A stretch of DNA of 42,466 nt, from NCBI GenBank assembly GCA_050733275.1, contig JBOHSP010000161.1:1-42466 (forward strand), given 5' to 3'. This DNA is from Gemmatimonadales bacterium. GTDB lineage: Bacteria > Gemmatimonadota > Gemmatimonadetes > Gemmatimonadales > GWC2-71-9. Positions within the stretch are counted from its first letter, which is position 1, and every line of letters starts with the position of its first letter. Positions 1-6,386 of the stretch are shown piece after piece. The translations under genes were made by a program, and so were the position numbers. The notes beneath the pieces are model-generated. The model was given only the letters and a program-made list of their open reading frames with translations, searched no databases and was not told the DNA's origin.

Positions 1-369
1 GCGCAGGCGCGGCTCGATGGCGAGCAGAACCCGCGCGGCTACCTGTTCCGCATCGCCGCCAACGTATGGCGGGACCATCTGCGACGGCAACTGACCGAGC
101 GACGCATGGTCGAGCAATTGACACGGCAGCCTGCCCGGGGCGGATCGCCGGCCGACGAGCAGGTGCTGACCGGTGATCTGCGGGCCGCGGTCGGGCGGGC
201 CATCGCGGCATTGCCGGCCGCACAACGCGAGGTCCTGGAGCTGCGCCACCGCGGCGATCTCACGTTTCGCGAGATCGCCGAGCGGCTGGAGCGGCCGCTC
301 GGCACCGTCTTGAGTCAGATGCACGCGGCGCTCGACAGGGTCGCCGCGGCCGTGGAGGAATACCGATGA
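1..369 (+). CDS. ECF-type RNA polymerase sigma-70 factor (5' end lies outside the window)
   Basis: Frame +1 is open from nt 1. Region-2-like 'YLFRIAANVWRDHLRR' and region-4 HTH 'QREVLELRHRGDLTFREIAERLERPLGTVLSQMHAAL'. Stop TGA 367-369 overlaps the next ATG (ATGA). Confidence 0.85.
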   Translation, partial: AQARLDGEQNPRGYLFRIAANVWRDHLRRQLTERRMVEQLTRQPARGGSPADEQVLTGDLRAAVGRAIAALPAAQREVLELRHRGDLTFREIAERLERPLGTVLSQMHAALDRVAAAVEEYR

Positions 370-761
370 ATCATCCCTCGCAAGACACGCTGTTGCTGTT
401 GGCGTATGGAGAGCTGGCGCCGGCGGAGACCGGTGAGATCGAAAATCATCTCGTCTCCTGCGCGACGTGCCACGCCACGTTCCGGCGTCTCGAGCGGGCC
501 CGGGTCGCGGTCGACTGGGGCGTCGCCGCGGAGCGCCGCCCGCTGCTCCGTCGCGTGGCGTATGCGGTGCTGGCGACGGCCGCGCTCATTGCCATCGCCC
601 TGCTCACGCCGTCCGAGCCGCCGCCGGACACACCGGGGTGGCATCCGCTCACCGTCTGGTCGCAAACCGCCGGCTATGCCGCGGGCGGCGCGCTCGTGAT
701 CGAAATCGACGCGCGCCTGACTCGACTCGAACAGGAGGGCAGTTATGGGTTGCCGAATTAG
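366..761 (+). CDS. Anti-sigma factor, zf-HC2 type, single-pass membrane protein
   Basis: 131 aa. H-x3-C-x2-C motif 'HLVSCATCH' near the N-terminus, one TM segment 'VAYAVLATAALIAIALL', GGAGGA upstream, ATGA overlap with the sigma gene. Confidence 0.75.
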   Translation: MNHPSQDTLLLLAYGELAPAETGEIENHLVSCATCHATFRRLERARVAVDWGVAAERRPLLRRVAYAVLATAALIAIALLTPSEPPPDTPGWHPLTVWSQTAGYAAGGALVIEIDARLTRLEQEGSYGLPN

Positions 762-1401
762 TGTCGTGCTGGCCGCGGCGCTCGCGCTGGTCCCGGCGCC
801 GCTGCTGGGACAGGAGATGCCGAGTCCCGCGGAGATGCAGGCGCAGATCCAGCGCATCGCCGAGCAGCGGCCGCGACAGGCGGAGGCGGCCGCGCGCGCC
901 TTCCTCACGCTCGTCGCGAAGGACCTCGTACCGATGCTGGACGCCATGAAGGACGGGGAACGGGGCAACGAACCAATGATCTTCATCGACGGCGTGCGCG
1001 TCGAAGGCTTGCCCGCCGGGGGCGCGGCGGCGGATCCCTATTGGATGGAGGTCGCCCAGCTCACCGTCCAGTTCGAAGTGGTTCAGAACCTCCAACGGGT
1101 CGACAGCGTACGCGCCTCGTTAGTTGCCCGGATGTTCGGGCTGGAAGCCTACGCGCGGACTCTCAAACGGGCGTATCGAAGGGCCGGCGAGTCGCAGCAG
1201 GCGGCGTACAGGAAGCAGCTCGAGACGCTGATCGGCGGCCATTTCGACATCGAGAATCAATTGCGCCTGCTGGAGATCAAGGATATCGAGCGCCGGCTCA
1301 CGGAGGTCCGCGCCGAGACCCAGCGCCGGATTACGAAGCGCGAGGAGTTCATCCGCTGGGCAGTGGAGGACATCATCCGGGAGGCAACGCGACCGCGGTA
1401 G
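745..1401 (+). CDS. Secreted hypothetical protein with a coiled-coil-like C-terminal half (third gene of the ECF operon)
   Basis: 218 aa. Signal-peptide-like 'MGCRISVVLAAALALVPAPLLGQ', strong SD AGGAGGG 5 nt upstream of ATG 745, charged heptad-like C-terminus. No family recognised. Confidence 0.55.
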   Translation: MGCRISVVLAAALALVPAPLLGQEMPSPAEMQAQIQRIAEQRPRQAEAAARAFLTLVAKDLVPMLDAMKDGERGNEPMIFIDGVRVEGLPAGGAAADPYWMEVAQLTVQFEVVQNLQRVDSVRASLVARMFGLEAYARTLKRAYRRAGESQQAAYRKQLETLIGGHFDIENQLRLLEIKDIERRLTEVRAETQRRITKREEFIRWAVEDIIREATRPR

Positions 1402-1402
1402 A

Positions 1403-1503
1403 AAAACAAATATCGAATGTCCAATATCGAATATCCAATGTAGAAATCCCTTCCGCCCGATTTCTGCGGTTGGACATTCGGTATTCGATATTGGACATTT
1501 GTC
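1403..1503. repeat. AT-rich palindromic element with arms made of tandem heptamers (AATRTCS units)
   Basis: Left arm AATATCG AATGTCC AATATCG AATATCC AATGTAG (1409-1443). Right arm reverse-complement AATGTCC AATATCG AATACCG AATGTCC (1471-1498). Apex mini-hairpin agaaatc/gatttct (1442-1465). Fills the whole gap before cydA. Confidence 0.8.
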
Positions 1504-1506
1504 TTG

Positions 1507-2769
1507 ATGCCCGACCTGCTCGCCGCCCGCGCCCAGATGGGCGTGTCGCTCGCCTTTCACATCGTCTTTGCGGTCATCGGCATCGCCCTCCCGGTGCTGA
1601 TGGTCGTCGCCGAGCGCCGCTGGCGCCGCACCGGCGACGCCGTCTACCTCGATCTCGCCAAGCGCTGGGCCCGCGGCACCGCGATCCTGTTCGCCGTCGG
1701 CGCCGTCTCAGGCACCGTGCTGTCGTTCGAGCTGGGCCTGCTGTGGCCGCGGTTCATGGAAGTCGCCGGCCCGCTCATCGGGATGCCGTTCTCGCTCGAG
1801 GGCTTCGCGTTCTTCACCGAAGCCATCTTTCTCGGCGTCTATCTGTACGGGTGGGACAAGGTGTCGCCGCGCGCGCACATCGCCGCGGGGGTGCTGGTCG
1901 CCGTGAGCGGCGCCGCGTCCGGCATCTTCGTCGTCATCGCCAACGCCTGGATGAACACGCCGACGGGGTTCACGCTGGTCGACGGGCGCCTCGCCGGCAT
2001 CGATCCGATTGCCGCGATGCGCAATCCCGCGGCGTTCCCGCAGACGCTGCACATGACGCTGGCCGCCTACGCGGCCACCGGCTTTGCCGTCGCCGGCATC
2101 CACGCCTTCCTGCTGCTCCAGCGGCCCGGCGTCGCGTTTCACCGCCATGCATTGACGATCGGCTTGCTCGTCGGCGCGCCCGCCGCGGCGCTGCAGCCGA
2201 TCTCCGGTGACATCGCCGCGCGCATGGTGGCGGAGTACCAGCCCGCCAAGCTCGCCGCAATGGAAGGGCTGTACGAGACACGAGCCGGCGCACCGCTGAC
2301 GATCATCCCCGGCGTGAAGATTCCCTCCGGCCTTTCGCTCCTCGCCTTCCGGGATCCGGACGCGGTCGTCAAAGGTCTCGATCAGGTCCCGCGCGATGAC
2401 TGGCCCAACGTGACACTCGTGCGCTTCGCGTTTCGGGTCATGGTCGCGCTCGGCACGTACATGGCGATCGTGAGCCTCTGGGCCGGCTGGCTCGCGCTGC
2501 GGCGACGCGACTTCGAGCGACAGCGGCGGTTTCTCAAGGCCGTCGCCATTGCGACGCCCTTCGGCTTCATCGCGACTGAGGCGGGCTGGATGGTGACCGA
2601 GCTGGGCCGCCAGCCGTGGGTGATCACCGGCGTCCTGCGGACCCGCGACGCCGTCACCCCCATGCCGGGCCTCGTGGTCCCGTTCACGGTGTTCACGCTG
2701 CTGTACTGCGCGCTCGGGGCAATCGTCGCCTGGCTGCTGTACCACCAGATCGTGCGGAGCCCGCGGTGA
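1507..2769 (+). CDS. cydA: Cytochrome bd-type ubiquinol oxidase subunit I
   Basis: 420 aa from ATG 1507 (a TTG at 1504 is one codon upstream). Multi-TM protein. N-terminus 'ARAQMGVSLAFHIVFAVIGIALP' and the 'GRQPWV' motif are typical of CydA/CioA. Short Q-loop. Confidence 0.9.
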   Translation: MPDLLAARAQMGVSLAFHIVFAVIGIALPVLMVVAERRWRRTGDAVYLDLAKRWARGTAILFAVGAVSGTVLSFELGLLWPRFMEVAGPLIGMPFSLEGFAFFTEAIFLGVYLYGWDKVSPRAHIAAGVLVAVSGAASGIFVVIANAWMNTPTGFTLVDGRLAGIDPIAAMRNPAAFPQTLHMTLAAYAATGFAVAGIHAFLLLQRPGVAFHRHALTIGLLVGAPAAALQPISGDIAARMVAEYQPAKLAAMEGLYETRAGAPLTIIPGVKIPSGLSLLAFRDPDAVVKGLDQVPRDDWPNVTLVRFAFRVMVALGTYMAIVSLWAGWLALRRRDFERQRRFLKAVAIATPFGFIATEAGWMVTELGRQPWVITGVLRTRDAVTPMPGLVVPFTVFTLLYCALGAIVAWLLYHQIVRSPR

Positions 2770-3764
2770 CCCTGGCCGAGACGCTCGCCGGGATCATCCT
2801 CGTGTCGCTCACGGCGTACGTGCTCCTGGGTGGAGCGGACTTCGGCGGCGGCGTGTGGGACCTGCTCGCCGCCGGTCCCCGGCGCGCCGAGCAGCGCCGC
2901 CTGATCGCGCAGGCGATCGGTCCCGTGTGGGAGGCGAACCACGTCTGGTTGATCCTCGCGGTCGTGCTGCTGTTCACCTGCTTTCCACCCGCCTTCGCGC
3001 GCCTCGCGATCGTGCTCCACATCCCTCTGACCCTCGTGCTCATCGGCATCGTGCTGCGCGGTTCGGCATTCGTATTCCGGAGCTACGGAGGGAAGCGCGA
3101 CATCGAGGCGACGTGGGGACGGATCTTTGCGACCGCGAGTCTGATCACGCCGATCCTGCTCGGTGTTGCGGTTGGCGCCGTGGCGTCGGGCGCAGTGGGG
3201 GAAACGGGATACGGGATACGGGATACGTTCGCGACGGTGTACGTCGAGCCCTGGCTCACGCCGTTTGCGTTCGCCGTCGGGCTGTTCACGCTCGCCTGTT
3301 TCGCGTTTCTCGCGGCCGTGTACCTGACGCTGGAGACCGGGGACGCGGCGTTGCAGGAGGACTTTCGCCGCCGCGCGATCGGCGGGGGGATTGCCGTGTT
3401 CGCCACGGCGGCCCTGGGGCTGCTGCTCGCGCCGCAGGCGCCGCTCGTCGGGAGCCGCCTGCTCAGCGCGCCGTGGGCGCCGGCGTTCCACGTGATGACG
3501 GGCATCGCGGCACTGACGGCGTTCGCGGCGCTGTGGAGGCGGCGCTATCGCGTGGCGCGGGTCGCCGCGGCGACGCAGGTGGCGTTGATCGTGTGGGGAT
3601 GGGGACTGGGGCAGTTCCCCTACGTGCTGCCGCCCGACCTCACCATCGTCGCGGCCGCGGCGCCGCCGATCACCCTCGAGCTGGCGCTGATCGCCGTCGC
3701 CCTCGGCGCGGTGCTGCTGTTGCCGTCGCTCTATTACCTGTTGCGCGTGTTCAAGCGGACCTAG
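2766..3764 (+). CDS. cydB: Cytochrome bd-type ubiquinol oxidase subunit II
   Basis: GTG 2766 overlaps the cydA stop (GTGA). 'LLGGADFGGGVWDLL' and 'GPVWEANHVWLI' are typical CydB motifs. Multi-TM protein. The longer track ORF from 2616 overlaps cydA and is rejected. Confidence 0.85.
   Translation: MTLAETLAGIILVSLTAYVLLGGADFGGGVWDLLAAGPRRAEQRRLIAQAIGPVWEANHVWLILAVVLLFTCFPPAFARLAIVLHIPLTLVLIGIVLRGSAFVFRSYGGKRDIEATWGRIFATASLITPILLGVAVGAVASGAVGETGYGIRDTFATVYVEPWLTPFAFAVGLFTLACFAFLAAVYLTLETGDAALQEDFRRRAIGGGIAVFATAALGLLLAPQAPLVGSRLLSAPWAPAFHVMTGIAALTAFAALWRRRYRVARVAAATQVALIVWGWGLGQFPYVLPPDLTIVAAAAPPITLELALIAVALGAVLLLPSLYYLLRVFKRT
3204..3227. repeat. Perfect tandem heptamer ACGGGAT x3 (+ACG) inside cydB
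   Basis: acgggat at 3204-3210, 3211-3217 and 3218-3224. Translated as 'TGYGIRDT'. Confidence 0.9.
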
Positions 3765-4024
3765 ACGCCGAGGCGGCGCAGCACCTCGGCGGAATCGAGG
3801 CCGTCGATGGTGAGCCGCTTGCGGCGGCTCGTGTCGCCGGCGGCAATCGCCACGGCCCGCCGTGGCACGCCGAGCCGCTCGGCGAGAAACCGCACCAGCT
3901 CGTCGTTCGCCGCGCCGTCCGCGGGAGCGGCGGCGACCCGGATCCTCACCGCGTCGCCGTGCCGGCCGGCGACGGCGGTCTCCGCCGCCCGGGGCACGAC
4001 GTGGACGGTGAGCCGCGCCGTCAC
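3761..4024 (-). CDS. DUF167 (YggU-like) family protein
   Basis: 87 aa. 'ARLTVHVVPRA...VRIRVAAAPADGAANDELVRFLAERLGVPRRAVAIAAGDTSRRKRLTIDG' is the DUF167 pattern. GTG 4024 overlaps the yggT stop (GTGA). The long 252-aa track ORF is an upstream extension. Confidence 0.75.
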   Translation of the reverse strand: MTARLTVHVVPRAAETAVAGRHGDAVRIRVAAAPADGAANDELVRFLAERLGVPRRAVAIAAGDTSRRKRLTIDGLDSAEVLRRLGV

Positions 4025-4593
4025 ATCACGAGCAGGGACAGGAGGATGCGCCGCAGGATGTACAGCGCCAGCCACGCCACGATGGGGCTGACGTCGAACG
4101 GGCCCATCGTCGGCATGAGGCGGCGGATCGGCTCGACGATCCAGTCGGTCAGGGCGTAGAACGGTCGCATCCACCGCGTGTACCGGAACGCGCCGAACCA
4201 CGAGGCGATCACGCGCACCAGCAGCGCGAACACGAGAATCCGGTAGGTGAGATCGACGAGCAGCGCGGCGGTGGCGCGCGGGCCCCCCTGGGCCGCGCTC
4301 CGCACCGTGGCGAACGTCGTCACCAGCCAGCCGCCGAGCGATACGACGATGATGCCGACCACCGCGGCGACCACGACGAGCCAGCCCCCCGCATGCACGG
4401 GGTTGCCTCCCATGCGCACCAGGCGCCGCTCGACCGGCTGGATGATGGGGTCGGTGGCGGCGCGGAGACCGCGCCCCAGCGCGCTGAAGGGCGAGATGCG
4501 GCGCGTGCGCACCAGCCACGACCCGAGCGCCGCGAGCGCCGACAGTGCCACCACGCCGAACACCGTGTAACGGACGATCGTCAAAACGGTCAT
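4021..4593 (-). CDS. yggT: YggT family membrane protein (two YGGT repeats)
   Basis: 190 aa from ATG 4593 ('MTVLTIVRYTVFGVVAL...'). Hydrophobic. 'PFYALTDWIVEPIRRLMP' resembles the YggT signature. Confidence 0.8.
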   Translation of the reverse strand: MTVLTIVRYTVFGVVALSALAALGSWLVRTRRISPFSALGRGLRAATDPIIQPVERRLVRMGGNPVHAGGWLVVVAAVVGIIVVSLGGWLVTTFATVRSAAQGGPRATAALLVDLTYRILVFALLVRVIASWFGAFRYTRWMRPFYALTDWIVEPIRRLMPTMGPFDVSPIVAWLALYILRRILLSLLVM

Positions 4594-4599
4594 GGCGGT

Positions 4600-4606
4600 T
4601 AAGTTA
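4600..4606. promoter_or_regulatory. Overlapping face-to-face -10-like hexamers for the divergent yggT and NPP genes (putative leaderless starts)
   Basis: TAAGTT (4600-4605, +) lies 7 nt before ATG 4613. TAACTT (4606-4601, -) lies 7 nt before ATG 4593. The divergent spacer is only 19 nt. Confidence 0.4.
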
Positions 4607-4612
4607 ACGCGT

Positions 4613-5947
4613 ATGCGACGATTGCTACTCCTGCTCGCGGCCTGCCCGGGGGCCGTATCGTGCGCCGCCCGCTCCACCGGACAGGACGCGCGGGCGCGCG
4701 TGGTGCTGGTGTCCGTGGACGGGCTCTGGGCTCGCGATCTCACCCGCGCGGAATCGGCCGGCGTGCAGCTGCGCGTGCTCGATTCCCTGCGGCGCGCCGG
4801 CGCCCTCGCGGCGGGCGTCGTCGGCTCGTTTCCGAGTGTGACGTATCCCTCGCACACGACGATGATCACCGGCGTGCCGCCGGCCCGCCACGGCATCTTC
4901 GGAAACGGCGTCTTCGTGCCGCCCGCCGAGCGGCGAGCATGGGGGGCGTTCTACTTCGATCGCGCCGAAATCCGCCGGCCCACGGTGTTCGACGCGGCGC
5001 ACGCGGCGGGGCTCGAGGTCGCCGCCGTGTTCTGGCCGGTCAGCGCGCACGACACGAGCATCGACTTCAACATCCCCGACGCGTGGGACCCGCGGCCCGC
5101 GCCGGCCGGCCGTTCGCAGCTCGCGGCGCTGCGCTCCCTCGGCACACCGTGGCTGCTGGACTCGCTCCGCGCCCCCCCTGAAGGGCAGCCCAACGACTCG
5201 ATGCTCGTGGCCTGGACCACCGCGATCATGCGGCGCTGGGATCCCGACCTCGTCGCCCTGCACCTGTTGGCGCTCGACGGCGCGAAGCATGAGAACGGGC
5301 CGTGGGCCGAGCCGGTAATCAGCACGCTGAGGACGATCGACCGGCAGCTGGGCGAGGTGCTGGCGGCGCTGCGGGCGACCGATGCCGGCCGGCAAACCAC
5401 GGTGATCCTCACCTCCGATCACGGCTTTCTTCCCTACGGGCAACGGCTGCGTCCCGGCGTACTGCTCGCCAACGCCGGGCTCGTCACGGTGGACACGGCG
5501 GCGCGGCTGGTGACGACGTGGGAGGCCGCGGTGTATGTCCACGGCGGCAGCGTGATGCTCGTGCCACGGGATACCGCCGATCACACGCTGATCGCCCGGA
5601 TCCGGTCGGCGATTCCCGATTCACTCGTCGGGCCGGGCCGGCCGATCCGCGCAGTCTTGCCCCGCGACACGATTGCGGCGCTCGGCGGTGACCCGCGGGC
5701 GCTGTGGGCGCTGGACATGAACGCCGGCTTCTACGCGATCGGCGGGTATGGTGGGCCGTTACTCTCGGAACGCGCAGGCGGCGGCCACGGCTACGATCCG
5801 CGGCGGCCGGAGCTGCACGCCTTCTTTCTGGTGAGCGGTCCGGGTGTCCGGCCCGGGTCGAGTCTGCCGCTGCTGCGCCAGACGGACGTGGCGGGGTATG
5901 TGGCCCGGGCGCTCGGGCTCAGTGGCTTCGGCCGAACGTCCCCATGA
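4613..5947 (+). CDS. Nucleotide pyrophosphatase/phosphodiesterase (alkaline-phosphatase superfamily, NPP type), lipoprotein
   Basis: 'VVLVSVDGL' and 'FPSVTYPSHTTMITGVPPARHGIFGNG' (Thr nucleophile motif), 'LTSDHGF'. Lipobox 'LLLAAC'. The alternative ATG 4592 would overlap the yggT start codon. Confidence 0.8.
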   Translation: MRRLLLLLAACPGAVSCAARSTGQDARARVVLVSVDGLWARDLTRAESAGVQLRVLDSLRRAGALAAGVVGSFPSVTYPSHTTMITGVPPARHGIFGNGVFVPPAERRAWGAFYFDRAEIRRPTVFDAAHAAGLEVAAVFWPVSAHDTSIDFNIPDAWDPRPAPAGRSQLAALRSLGTPWLLDSLRAPPEGQPNDSMLVAWTTAIMRRWDPDLVALHLLALDGAKHENGPWAEPVISTLRTIDRQLGEVLAALRATDAGRQTTVILTSDHGFLPYGQRLRPGVLLANAGLVTVDTAARLVTTWEAAVYVHGGSVMLVPRDTADHTLIARIRSAIPDSLVGPGRPIRAVLPRDTIAALGGDPRALWALDMNAGFYAIGGYGGPLLSERAGGGHGYDPRRPELHAFFLVSGPGVRPGSSLPLLRQTDVAGYVARALGLSGFGRTSP

Positions 5948-6386
5948 GCTGCGCGTCGCCGAGCATGTGCCCCTGCATCGCGCGTTCCACGTCCGCCTTG
6001 GTGGCGCCGGCGTGGAGCGGCAGGTGCGCGTCGAGCGCATATAGCTTGAAGAAGTAGCGGTGCGGCTTCCCGGGCGGCGGGCACGGCCCGCCGTAGCCCA
6101 CCCGGCGGAAGTCCGTGATGCCCTGGAGCGCGCCCCCGAGATCGTTCGGCTTTTCCGTTTTCGTCACATCCTCGTGTAGCTCGGTCAGCGTGGGCGGAAC
6201 GTTGAACAGCACCCAGTGCACCCACGTCTTGCCCGGCGCGTCGGGATCGTCGCAGATCAGCGCGAAACTCTTGGTGCCCGCGGGAGCACCGTTCCACGCG
6301 AGCGCCGGCGACGTGTCGTCGCCGTCGCACGTGTGCGCCACCGGAATGGTGGCGCCCTCGCGGAACGCCGGGCTCGCGAGCTTCAC
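5919..6386 (-). CDS. YbhB/YbcL family Raf-kinase-inhibitor-like (PEBP) protein
   Basis: 155 aa. 'CDDPDAPGKTWVHWVLFNV' and 'GYGGPCPPPGKPHRYFFKLYALD' are PEBP signatures. GTG 6386 overlaps the kgd stop (GTGA). The rest of the 913-aa track ORF is an out-of-frame shadow of kgd. Confidence 0.85.
   Translation of the reverse strand: MKLASPAFREGATIPVAHTCDGDDTSPALAWNGAPAGTKSFALICDDPDAPGKTWVHWVLFNVPPTLTELHEDVTKTEKPNDLGGALQGITDFRRVGYGGPCPPPGKPHRYFFKLYALDAHLPLHAGATKADVERAMQGHMLGDAQLMGTFGRSH

Noticed and set aside
4592-5947. ATG 4592 as the start of the NPP phosphodiesterase
   Set aside because: It would share the CATG with the divergent yggT start codon. ATG 4613 gives a clean lipoprotein signal (MRRLLLLLAAC) and sits 7 nt after a TAAGTT hexamer. 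ATG 4592 cannot be excluded without N-terminal data.
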